From Vicinamibacteria bacterium (GTDB lineage: Bacteria; Acidobacteriota; Vicinamibacteria; Marinacidobacterales; Marinacidobacteraceae): a stretch of 64,000 nt of DNA. The translations under genes were made by a program, and so were the position numbers. Numbering within the stretch: position 1 is the stretch's first letter; the number at the start of each line of letters is the position of its first letter. Shown here in pieces: positions 1 through 8,953 of the stretch. The notes beneath the pieces were generated by a model. It was not told the DNA's origin and did no database searches. It saw only the letters and a list, made by a program, of their open reading frames with translations. The DNA is taken from the NCBI GenBank assembly GCA_965199715.1, contig OZ241322.1, forward strand, positions 1,024,001 to 1,088,000, written 5' to 3'.

Positions 1-97
1 GGAGGCGCCGCTTCAGGAGGCCGAACTGGCCGCCCCGGGGACCCGGGGGCAGCGGCAGCGACTGGATCGCAGGTCTCAAACAGGCGCCTCCGTTCAT
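1..97 (-). CDS. N-terminus of a third cytochrome P450 paralogue (runs off the window edge)
   Basis: Not in the ORF track. The reverse strand reads (MNGGAC)LRPAIQSLPLPPGPRGGQFGLLKRRL, closely matching the N-terminus of the adjacent P450 (DIKSLSLPPGPRGGKFGLMWRR). Start is ATG 97, or TTG 79 with GGAGG upstream. Confidence 0.8.
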   Translation of the reverse strand, partial: MNGGACLRPAIQSLPLPPGPRGGQFGLLKRRL

Positions 98-101
98 TGT
101 C

Positions 102-1460
102 TCATGCCCGCGGCCGCGCCGTCACCGTCGCGGGAACCATACTCGTGAGGCCCACGCCGAAGCTGCGCATCTCGACCGGCGTGTCCGGGGCGAATTCGAA
201 TCGCGAGTCCTGCGCGAGTTCCGCAAGCCCGTACACGAACATCCGCTCGGCGAATCCGCGCCACGGACAGATGCGGTGCTCGTAGCCGAAAGGAGTGAAC
301 GCGTGCGCCGGGCAACCCGGATGGGCCTGCTGCAGCCATCGCTCGGGGCGGAAATCGGCGGCGTCGTCTCCCCAGTAGTCCTTGCGGACGTGCATCGGCA
401 GCGCACCCACATGCACCACGGTGCCCTTCGGAATGCGGAAGCCGCCCAATTCGCACTCCTCGGTGGTCCGGCGCGGCAGCAACACGTAGGCGGGCGACGT
501 GATCCGCAGCGTTTCGGCGCACACGGCGCGCAGGTACGGCAACCGGGCGAAGTCCTCCACTTCCACCGGGCGTCCGCCGAGCTGCCGATCCACTTCGGCC
601 TCGACCTTCGCCCGAGCCTCGGGATGCCTCGCCAGATGGTGTGCGCCGCAGACCAGAGCGGCCACCGGCGCGTCGGAAAACCCCGTGATGAGGACGACCA
701 GTTCATCGCGGATGTCCTTGTCGGACTTCCACTCCCAGTCCACGACCCCCTCGTCGTGGGCCCGCACCATGAAGGTGGCCACGTCCTCTCCGCTCCACTC
801 GGGGTCCCGCGCCCGCTCGATGGCGTGGTACACCGGGCGGTCGAGGTTCGCGACGAAGCGCTTGACCCTCCGGTTGTGGGGAAGCGGCAGCTTGGCGAGG
901 AGCTTGCTGCCCGGCAGGACCGACATCAGGATGTCCTGCCGCAGGCAGATCAGGAAGTTCTTGCCGTCCTCGGAGGCCACCTTCAGCTCGGGACCGAGGA
1001 TGGAGTCGAGCAGCCCCCGCCACATGAACTCTTCCATCTCGTACCGGAGCTGCACCTCCGCGCCCGGTCGGCATCGCTCCTTCAGGGAGCGGGCGCTGCG
1101 GACGATATGCGCGGAGTATTGCTTCAGCTTCTCGTCCGTGACCGCCGCCTCCATCAGGATGCGCCGCTCGGCGTGTTCCTCGCCCCGGCACGCCGGCAGG
1201 CACCCGTCGAGGAGGTGGTACACCGAAGGCGGGTTGGCCCACTCGAACGTGGGCTCGCGCTGGTACACCTCAAGCGATAGATCCGCCTCGAACACGAGGA
1301 GGTTCTTCATCCCGGGGATCTCGAAGTACACGAGGTCGCCGTATTCCTTGTGCAGATCCACGACGAGTCCGGGGAAGTCGGAACTGCGCCGCCACATGAG
1401 ACCGAACTTGCCGCCCCGGGGGCCCGGGGGCAGCGACAGCGACTTGATGTCCACACTCAT
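102..1460 (-). CDS. Cytochrome P450 with non-canonical heme-ligand loop and I-helix
   Basis: N-terminal PPGP, ExxR (ETLR), FRPERW, heme Cys in FGYEHRICPW. ATG at 1460 is preceded by GGAG (ORF track starts at 1475). Confidence 0.92.
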   Translation of the reverse strand: MSVDIKSLSLPPGPRGGKFGLMWRRSSDFPGLVVDLHKEYGDLVYFEIPGMKNLLVFEADLSLEVYQREPTFEWANPPSVYHLLDGCLPACRGEEHAERRILMEAAVTDEKLKQYSAHIVRSARSLKERCRPGAEVQLRYEMEEFMWRGLLDSILGPELKVASEDGKNFLICLRQDILMSVLPGSKLLAKLPLPHNRRVKRFVANLDRPVYHAIERARDPEWSGEDVATFMVRAHDEGVVDWEWKSDKDIRDELVVLITGFSDAPVAALVCGAHHLARHPEARAKVEAEVDRQLGGRPVEVEDFARLPYLRAVCAETLRITSPAYVLLPRRTTEECELGGFRIPKGTVVHVGALPMHVRKDYWGDDAADFRPERWLQQAHPGCPAHAFTPFGYEHRICPWRGFAERMFVYGLAELAQDSRFEFAPDTPVEMRSFGVGLTSMVPATVTARPRA

Positions 1461-1479
1461 CTCCTGTGTCTCCAATGTC

Positions 1480-1936
1480 TCACCCCGCGGGCCTCGCCGT
1501 AACGGTCGCCGCCAGCATCCCCTTCAGACCGTTCCCGAAGTTGACCTTCTCGATCGAGGCGCCCGGAGCCAACTCCAGACGCGAATCCTGCGCGAGCGAC
1601 GCGAGCCCGTCCACGAACATCCGCTCCGAGAACCCGCCCCACGAACAGCCCCGGGGCTCGAGACCGAACGGCAGGAACGCGTGCACCGGACAACTCGGAT
1701 GCGCCTGCCGCAGCCAGCGCTCCGGGCGGAACTCGGCGGCGTCCGCCCCCCGGTTGTCCCTGCGAGAGTGGGTCGGGGGCGCCGCGATGACGACAATGGC
1801 GCCCTCGGGGATGCGGCAGCCGCCCAGTTCGCAGTCCGCCACGGTCCGCCGCATCGGTCATGCGGCGCTTCAGCAGGCGGAGTCCTCCGAGTTTCGGCCT
1901 CGGCGGCAGGGGCGGCGACTGGATGTCCGTCCGCAT
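1480..1936 (-). pseudogene. Internally deleted, frameshifted cytochrome P450 paralogue
   Basis: P450 N-terminus MRTDIQSPPLPPRPKLGGLRLLKRR (ATG 1936) is joined out of frame near 1855 to the C-terminal ~125 aa (FRPERW, FGLEPRGCSW). About 900 bp are missing relative to the neighbouring gene. Confidence 0.85.
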
Positions 1937-1958
1937 GGTCACACTCCGAAAGGCCCGC

Positions 1959-4900
1959 TCACCCACGCGATGCGCGCAACTGGACCGACGTCAAGGCGGG
2001 CACGATGAGCATCAGAACGAAGGTGGCGAAGAGAACCCCGAATCCGATCGACGCCGCATAGGCGACAAGGAACTGGGCTTGGATCGACGGTTCCAGAAGC
2101 AGCGGAACGAAGGCCAGAAACGTCGTGATCGACGTGAGAAGAATGGGGCGGAAGCGGCTCTTCGCGCCCTCGACGATCGCGGTTCGGGGAGCTTCGCCCG
2201 CCTTCAGGCGGCGGTTGACGGCGTCAATCATGACGAGCGAATCGTTCACGACGATCCCGGTGAGCCCGAGCATCGCTGTAATGGAGGTCGTATCAAGGTC
2301 CAAGCCGAGGACGAGGTGGCCAAGAATCGCCCCCACGATCCCGAACGGGATCGCGGCCATCACGATCAGCGGCTTGGTGTATGAGCCGAGCGGGATGGCC
2401 AGCAACGCGTAGATCACGAGCAGCGCCATCATAAATCCCCGGTTGAGCGCCCCGAAAGACTCCGCCTGTTGTTCCTGTTGACCGGCGACTGACCAGCGGA
2501 GATCCGGGTCCCGTTCCAGCACGTCGGCCAGTGCGCCGCCCTCGAGCGCTTCGATGACCGCTGCGCCCGAGACGACGGCGAAATCCACGTCGGCGGAGAC
2601 GGTCACGATCCGCTCGCCGTCGCGCCGCCGGATGGTGGCGGGCCCCTGGTCCACCCCCAGCGAGGCCACGCGCTCCAGCGGCACGACCGCGCCGCCCGGA
2701 GCCTGAACGAGGAAGTTCTCAATATCGGCGATAGCGTCCCTCTCGGCCTCGGGAAGCCGGGCGAGCACCGGCACGTCCTCGCGATCGCGGGGAACCCGGA
2801 GCGCCTCCTCTCCGTACACCATCGACCGCAACTGAGAGGAGAGGTCGCCGAGCGTCAGCCCGAGGGTGCGGGCCTCCGGTTTCAGCGCGAGCTGGACCTC
2901 TTGGTACCCGCCAACGTGATCGGAGCGGATGTCGAAGACGCCCTCCAGCGAGTTCAACCCCGCGACCACCCCGTCCCCGATCGGGGCCAACCGATCCGGG
3001 TCCGGGTGCGAGATGGCGATCTCGACGGGGCGCCCCAACTCCATGAGCTCCGAACTGAAAGTGAGCCCCGTAGCCTGCGGCAGCGGACCCGCTTCCTCTC
3101 GCCATCGCCGCGCCAGCTCGTCAGCGTTCATCTCCCGCTGCTCAACGTTGACCAACTTGATCTCCACGGCGGCGATGTGCGACTGCGGATTCACGCTCGG
3201 TTCCCGCTGGACGCCGCCGCCGGGGGCCCGCGTGGGCACGCCGAGCGTGATCACGGTCCCCACCAGCTCCGACGGACGGCCCTCGTTGAGCGCCCTGAGC
3301 GCACGGCGACCAGCGGCGTCCAGTTCCTCGGCGATCGCCAGCGTGGTCGCCGCCGGGGTCCCCTCGGGCATCTCGAGACGAGCGCTCACGATGTCTCCGG
3401 TCGCTGGCGGCGCGAGCCGGATATTGATGACGCCGGCGGGGATCAAGCCGATGGTCACGATGCTGACGCCGACGGCGGTGGCGAGCGCCACGGTCGGCTG
3501 CCGGGTGACGGCTTCAAGCGCGGCGTTCAGGGGACCGTCGCGGAACCACGCCAGTCTCCGGTCCGCGCCGCGCTGCACCCGCAGGACGGCGCTCTCAAGG
3601 CGGTTCGTGACCGTTCTCCCCGGATCCGGGAGGTGCGAAAGATGGTTCGGCAGCACCAGCAGCGACTCGACCAGCGAAATCAGCAGCATCGCGATCATGA
3701 TCACCGGGACGGCGCTGAGGATGTCGCCGATGCCGGTGGGCATGAAGATCATCGGGAAGAACGCCGCCACCGAGGTCAGAACCGCGAAGATGACGGGGGT
3801 CCGCACCCTGAGCGCGCCCCGGATCGCAGCCGTGGCGCCCGGCAGCCCGCGACGGCGCTCGCGATAAATGCTTTCGGACACGACGATGGCGTCGTCCACG
3901 ACGACGCCGATCGCCAACACGAAAGCGAACAGCGAAATGATGTTGAGGGAGTGCCCGGCGAGGAGCAGCGCCGCGAGCGCCCCGATCCCGGACACCAGGA
4001 TCCCGACCGAGGCCCAGAACGCGAGTCGGATCTCGAGAAACAGCCCGAGCGCGAGCACCACCAACATGAGACCGAGCGCACCGTTCTTCAACAGCAGGTT
4101 GAGCCGCTCCCGGTACGACAGAGCGTCGTTGTTCAGCACACTGATCGAGACGCCCGGCGGCAAGGACGCCCGCACTTCATCCACGTGGGAAAGCACGACT
4201 GCCGCGATCTCAAGGACGCTTTCGTCCGAAGTTCTCCAGACCTCGACGAAGGCGGCGGGCTCCCCGTTGTAGCGGGCCACCATGTCCACGTCCTTGAACC
4301 CGTCGCGCACCTCGGCGATGTCCCCGAGCCGAACCACGGTGCCGTCGCTGCGACTCAGGACCACGACGTCCTCGAATTCCTGCTGCGTCAGGCTGCGGCC
4401 CAGCGTCCGTACCCGGAGGCGGGCGTCGCTCGTGTCCATGGCTCCCGCCGAAGCCTCAAGCGAGCCGGCGCGGACCGCGCCCGCGAGATCGGCGAGCGTC
4501 AGGCCGAGCGCCCGCAGCCGGGCCCGGGGAACCTCGATCGAGATCTCGTCATCCCGGATGCCGGCGACAGTGACGAAGGAGACCTCAGGAAGCGCCGTGA
4601 GCGAATCTTCGACGCGAAGCGCGAGCGTCTTGAGGATGCGCTCGGGGACGTCTCCGTGAAGGACCAGCCGAACCGCGCTCTGGCGGTTGGTCATTTCCCG
4701 AACGCGGGGACGTTCGGAGTCAGCCGGAAGTCCTTCGATGCCGCTGACGGCGGACTCGATGTCGTCGAGCGCCCGCTGCATATCGCCGTCCGCGTCCACT
4801 TCGACAATGACCGAGGCGACGCCTTCGGCCGCAATCGAGCTGACTTCCCAAACCTGATCGACTCCGCTTACGGCCTCCTCGACGCGGGAGACGATGGAGT

Positions 4901-5114
4901 CGTCCACCTCGCTCGGCGTCGCCCCCGGCCACGGAACGCTGACCTCAACGGCGTCGAAGGACAGGCTCGGAAAACCCTCCTCAACCAGCCCCGGGCAGGA
5001 AACGAGGCCCATCAGGAGGAGCGCCGCCATGAGCAGGTTCGCCGCGACGCCGTTCTTCGCCATGTAGGCGATGGCGCCGCGTTCTTCCCGAGGCGGGTGG
5101 TCTTCCGGAGTCAC
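1959..5114 (-). CDS. RND efflux permease, AcrB/AcrD/AcrF family
   Basis: 1051 aa with 12-TM pattern, GVVVDDAIVVSE, GIVVNDSLV and RFRPILLTS motifs. Confidence 0.95.
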   Translation of the reverse strand: MTPEDHPPREERGAIAYMAKNGVAANLLMAALLLMGLVSCPGLVEEGFPSLSFDAVEVSVPWPGATPSEVDDSIVSRVEEAVSGVDQVWEVSSIAAEGVASVIVEVDADGDMQRALDDIESAVSGIEGLPADSERPRVREMTNRQSAVRLVLHGDVPERILKTLALRVEDSLTALPEVSFVTVAGIRDDEISIEVPRARLRALGLTLADLAGAVRAGSLEASAGAMDTSDARLRVRTLGRSLTQQEFEDVVVLSRSDGTVVRLGDIAEVRDGFKDVDMVARYNGEPAAFVEVWRTSDESVLEIAAVVLSHVDEVRASLPPGVSISVLNNDALSYRERLNLLLKNGALGLMLVVLALGLFLEIRLAFWASVGILVSGIGALAALLLAGHSLNIISLFAFVLAIGVVVDDAIVVSESIYRERRRGLPGATAAIRGALRVRTPVIFAVLTSVAAFFPMIFMPTGIGDILSAVPVIMIAMLLISLVESLLVLPNHLSHLPDPGRTVTNRLESAVLRVQRGADRRLAWFRDGPLNAALEAVTRQPTVALATAVGVSIVTIGLIPAGVINIRLAPPATGDIVSARLEMPEGTPAATTLAIAEELDAAGRRALRALNEGRPSELVGTVITLGVPTRAPGGGVQREPSVNPQSHIAAVEIKLVNVEQREMNADELARRWREEAGPLPQATGLTFSSELMELGRPVEIAISHPDPDRLAPIGDGVVAGLNSLEGVFDIRSDHVGGYQEVQLALKPEARTLGLTLGDLSSQLRSMVYGEEALRVPRDREDVPVLARLPEAERDAIADIENFLVQAPGGAVVPLERVASLGVDQGPATIRRRDGERIVTVSADVDFAVVSGAAVIEALEGGALADVLERDPDLRWSVAGQQEQQAESFGALNRGFMMALLVIYALLAIPLGSYTKPLIVMAAIPFGIVGAILGHLVLGLDLDTTSITAMLGLTGIVVNDSLVMIDAVNRRLKAGEAPRTAIVEGAKSRFRPILLTSITTFLAFVPLLLEPSIQAQFLVAYAASIGFGVLFATFVLMLIVPALTSVQLRASRG

Positions 5115-6283
5115 CGGTCTCCCTCACCACCGGACCGCACGGCCATGCCCTCGACGCCCGCCTCGACGCCACCGACCACGAGCATCTGGCCGGCGGTCAG
5201 CTCGCCGGTCACGAGCAGGTCGTCCTCGAGGCGCTCCAGCACCCGCACCGGCACCATCCTGAGCCTTCCGTCGTCCACGACCCATACCTCGTCGCCCGGA
5301 CGGAGCGCGGCTCGCCGGATGCGGAAGTAGGCGTCGGGCGTCACCCCCTCCAACTCCACGTCCACGAATTTCCCGACGAGAAGCGGCGGCCCGTCGTTCG
5401 GGAACGGATTCGGCACGTGCACCACCACATCGATCGTGCGCGTCGCCTCGTCCAGAGTCGTCTCGGCCCGATCCACCCAACCGGTCCACGTATGGCGACT
5501 CCCGCCGTAGTCGGCGACCACCCGGGCGCGGATGCGCCGGTCGGCGGTTCCGGCCCGGAGTCCCCAAAGGCGCGGCAAGAGCGCCGCCGCCTGATCCGAG
5601 AGCGGAACCACGACCTCGACCGAGCCGGCGGCGTGCAGCACGCCGACTCGTTCCCCGGCAGCGACCAGACGCCCGATGTCCACGGACGCCGAGCTCACCA
5701 CCGAGTCGAACGGCGCGACCACCTCGGTGAGGGCGAGATCGAGCTCGGCTTCCGCAAGCGCGGCCCGTTCCCGCTCCACGGCGGCTTCGGCCGCCTTGAT
5801 CTGCGGCTCCCAGAGCGCGAGCGCTCCGGCGTCCGGGGCGTCGCCCCCGGCTCGATTCCGAAAAGACTCGTACTGACCTTCCGCAATGCGGGCTTCTTCC
5901 CGAGTTCGCAGCAGCTCGACTTCGTGGACCGCGACCCCGGCCCGAGCCCGCTCCACCCGGTGGCGGTAGAGGGCGTCGTCAAGGCGGAAGAGGGTCTCCC
6001 CCGCCGCGATGCGGCCGCCGCTGCGGAAAGCCGGACTCACGTAGTCCACGAAACCGCCGACTCCGGGAGCCACGTCAATTCGAGCGCTCGGGCGCACCGT
6101 CCCGGATCCCTGCACCGGGATGGCCCCCTCGCCGATAACCACGGCCTCGGTCATGGCGAACGGGATCGCAGGCGGCGGGTCCCTTCGGGCCGGCTCCGGC
6201 CGCGAGGTCACCATCACGACGGTGACCACGACAGCGCCGGCGACGATCCCCACGGCGATCAGCCAGCTCATCCATCGACTCAT
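5111..6283 (-). CDS. RND efflux periplasmic adaptor (membrane fusion protein)
   Basis: N-terminal TM anchor, lipoyl/hairpin pattern (VVAPFDSVV), DEATRT motif. ATGA overlap with the upstream stop at 6280-6283. Confidence 0.92.
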   Translation of the reverse strand: MSRWMSWLIAVGIVAGAVVVTVVMVTSRPEPARRDPPPAIPFAMTEAVVIGEGAIPVQGSGTVRPSARIDVAPGVGGFVDYVSPAFRSGGRIAAGETLFRLDDALYRHRVERARAGVAVHEVELLRTREEARIAEGQYESFRNRAGGDAPDAGALALWEPQIKAAEAAVERERAALAEAELDLALTEVVAPFDSVVSSASVDIGRLVAAGERVGVLHAAGSVEVVVPLSDQAAALLPRLWGLRAGTADRRIRARVVADYGGSRHTWTGWVDRAETTLDEATRTIDVVVHVPNPFPNDGPPLLVGKFVDVELEGVTPDAYFRIRRAALRPGDEVWVVDDGRLRMVPVRVLERLEDDLLVTGELTAGQMLVVGGVEAGVEGMAVRSGGEGDR

Positions 6284-7743
6284 GGGAGGTCCGCTCCTTC
6301 CAGGGCTTCGTCGCCCGTCCACGCTCCGCCGAGCGCCCGGTGCACTCGGAGCCGGGCGAGGTTCAGGTTCCGCTCCGCCCCGGCGAGCGCGGACTCCACG
6401 TCAAGCACCGTACGCGAGGCGTCGAGGTAATCGGCGTAGCCGCCGAGCCCGGAGGCGTAGCGTTCGGCTCGGGTCTCCATCGTGGACTCCGCGTCGCCCC
6501 GGCGGGCCGCGAGGAGCTCGTAGCGGCGGCGTTCGTGGCGGAGCGCCGCAAGCGCCGCCTCCACCTCGTTCACCGCCGTCACGACCGTGCGTCCGAAGCC
6601 GGCCGCGAGCTCGTCGAAGCGCGCCTCGGCGAGCGCCTGCTCGCCCTTGAGCCGGCCGGCGTCGAAGACCGGATGGAGGAGGTTGCCCATGAGGTTGCCG
6701 AACCACTGCTTCACGTCGAAGAGGTCGCCGGCCTCGACGGCCTGGAGGCCGATCGTCCCGGCGAGCGAGAGCCGCGGCAGGAGCGCGGCGCGCCGCGCTT
6801 CGACTTCGTGCCCGGCCGCTTCCAGCCGGCTCCACGCGGCCTGCACGTCGGGGCGCTGGCGCAGCAGGTCGGCGGGAACGCCGGCCGGCACGGGCGCCCC
6901 GGCGGGCGCCGGACGGAGCTCGTCGGGAAGGATCGCCGCGAGGTCCCGCCGGTGGCCGCCGAGCAGGATCGCGAGGCGGCTTTCCGCCGCGGCCAGCCGG
7001 CTCTCGAGTTGCGGGACGCCGGCCTCGGTGGCGCGGGAGTCCTGGCGCACGCGCTGCAGCGAGAGCGAGGCCGCGAGGCCGCGCGCGTAGCGCAGCTCCG
7101 CCAGCTCCTCCCGCTCCCGGAGCACTCCGGAGGTTTCGCGGGCGAGCGCGATCCGGCGGCGCAGGTCCACGACGTCGAAGTAGGCGGCGATGGTCTCCGA
7201 AAGGACCCCGATCCGCGCCGCGCGGAGGTCCGACTCGGAGGCCATGAGCTGCGCTCCGGCCGCCCGGGAGGAATGGGCCAGCCGGCCCCAGAGGTCGATC
7301 TCCCAGGACACGTCCGCGGCGAGCGAGTACGTCGTGAGGCCGAGCCGCTCGGGCAGCGTGAACCCGGCCGCGCCGAGCGTGTCCTCGAGCCCCAGGTCCC
7401 GGAACTGGGCGCCGATCCCGGCGTTCACCGGCGTGTCGAACGTGTCCCCCGCGGCGCGGGCGCGGACGACCGGAAGGATCGCGGCGTCGGCGAGGCGCGC
7501 CCGGACCCGCGCCTGCTGGACCCGGGCGACGGACTCGGCGAGGTCGAAGTTCTGTTCGAGCGCCCGCTCCACGACCGCGTCGAGCGCCGGATCCTCGAAG
7601 ACGCGCCACCACGCCCGCGGCTCGGCGCCTCCGGACCCGGCCTCCTCCGCGTATGTCTGCGGCAGCTCGGGCGGAGCCGGCTCCGGCGCCCGGGCGGCCG
7701 AGCAGCCGGCGAGCGCGACCGGAATCAGCAGCCGCAGGCTCAT
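6280..7743 (-). CDS. Outer-membrane efflux lipoprotein, TolC/NodT/OprM family
   Basis: Lipobox LAGC, WWRVFEDPALD, SWEIDLWG, PADLLRQRPDV, terminal RALGGAW. ATG 7743 overlaps the idi stop. Confidence 0.93.
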   Translation of the reverse strand: MSLRLLIPVALAGCSAARAPEPAPPELPQTYAEEAGSGGAEPRAWWRVFEDPALDAVVERALEQNFDLAESVARVQQARVRARLADAAILPVVRARAAGDTFDTPVNAGIGAQFRDLGLEDTLGAAGFTLPERLGLTTYSLAADVSWEIDLWGRLAHSSRAAGAQLMASESDLRAARIGVLSETIAAYFDVVDLRRRIALARETSGVLREREELAELRYARGLAASLSLQRVRQDSRATEAGVPQLESRLAAAESRLAILLGGHRRDLAAILPDELRPAPAGAPVPAGVPADLLRQRPDVQAAWSRLEAAGHEVEARRAALLPRLSLAGTIGLQAVEAGDLFDVKQWFGNLMGNLLHPVFDAGRLKGEQALAEARFDELAAGFGRTVVTAVNEVEAALAALRHERRRYELLAARRGDAESTMETRAERYASGLGGYADYLDASRTVLDVESALAGAERNLNLARLRVHRALGGAWTGDEALEGADLP

Positions 7744-8270
7744 GCGGGGAGACGTCGCTCGGCCAACCCGTCGAGCGCGAGACCGAACCAAGCGGTGAAC
7801 GACTCCGGCGCCTCGGCCATGCGGGCGCGGACCGCCGCGAGCCCCTCCCACTTCCAGTCCATCGCCTCGGCGGGATTCGGGGACGCGGATCCGTCGAACC
7901 GACCGAGAAGGACATGGTCGTATTCGTGCTCGATCATTCCGTGGTCGAGCTCGGCCCGGTAGCGGAAGGCGAACGCCGGCTCCAGCGGGCAATCGAACCC
8001 CATCTCGTGGCGCAGCCGGCGGTGGGCGGCGTCCAGCAGCGCCTCTCCGGCCAGCGGATGGCTGCAGCACGCGTTCGTCCACAGCCCGCCCGAGTGGTAC
8101 TTGCCGAGCGCGCGGCGCTGCAGCAGCGTCCGCCCGGATGCGTCGAACACGAAGATGGAGAAGGCCCGATGAAGGATCCCCTCGCGGTGGGCGGCCATCT
8201 TCTCCACGACTCCGACGGGGCGATCCTCAGCGTCCACGGCGACCAACATGTCCCCCGACTCGCTTCGCAT
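7740..8270 (-). CDS. idi: Isopentenyl-diphosphate delta-isomerase type 1
   Basis: LHRAFSIFVF, WTNACCSHP, EHEYDHV and FTAWF motifs. Confidence 0.95.
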   Translation of the reverse strand: MRSESGDMLVAVDAEDRPVGVVEKMAAHREGILHRAFSIFVFDASGRTLLQRRALGKYHSGGLWTNACCSHPLAGEALLDAAHRRLRHEMGFDCPLEPAFAFRYRAELDHGMIEHEYDHVLLGRFDGSASPNPAEAMDWKWEGLAAVRARMAEAPESFTAWFGLALDGLAERRLPA

Positions 8271-8327
8271 GGCGCCGCCTGCCCGCCCGCACTCTATCAG
8301 CCCGCACGCAGCCGGAATCAGCTCGGG

Positions 8328-8400
8328 AGGCGGCGGGCGGATTCGAACCGCCGAATAGAGGTTTTGCAGACCTCCGCCTTGGCCACTTGGCTACGCCGCC
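8328..8400 (-). tRNA. tRNA-Cys (GCA)
   Basis: GGCGGCG/CGCCGCC acceptor stem, anticodon arm GAGGT-CTGCAAA-ACCTC, GGTTCGAATCC T-loop, U73 discriminator. CCA not encoded. Confidence 0.95.
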
Positions 8401-8413
8401 ACGGCCCGGCGCC

Positions 8414-8488
<75 letters not shown>

Positions 8489-8530
8489 CCTCGGGCCGCC
8501 GAAGCGACCGGAAATCATAGCGGGAGCGGG

Positions 8531-8953
8531 TCAGAACGCGTCCCGGCGGATACGGATCTCCGGTCGGGCGAGAACGCGCGCCCACCCGCTCGCCGCCGCC
8601 GGGAACTGCACCTCGACGACGTCCATCCGCAGCCGCGAACCCGCCGGAATCCGGCCCCGCGCCGACTCCCGGGCCCACATGCGCCGCGCCGCCCGGCGGA
8701 TCCGGCGGCGCTTGGCCGCGTCCACCTTCTCGATCGGCCGCCCGAAGCCGCCGCGTCGGGTCTTGACCTCGACGACCGCGAGCGCGCCCCCCTCCCACGC
8801 CACCACGTCCAGCTCGGCGTCGGCGGAGGCGGGGCCGCCGCGGTAGTTGCGGGCGACGACCCGGTATCCGGCGCGGCGCAGCGCCCGGACCGCGATCCGC
8901 TCCCCGCGCGCGCCGAGCCGCAGGTGGGGCGCGGTCCGGAACCGGCGGATCAG
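8531..8953 (-). CDS. yraN: YraN (UPF0102) family PD-(D/E)xK nuclease-like protein
   Basis: LGARGERIA...GYRVVARNYR...ELDVVA...VEVKTR. There is no ATG/GTG/TTG near the domain start; an in-frame CTG at 8953 overlaps the cysS stop (CTGA). Confidence 0.85.
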   Translation of the reverse strand: MIRRFRTAPHLRLGARGERIAVRALRRAGYRVVARNYRGGPASADAELDVVAWEGGALAVVEVKTRRGGFGRPIEKVDAAKRRRIRRAARRMWARESARGRIPAGSRLRMDVVEVQFPAAASGWARVLARPEIRIRRDAF

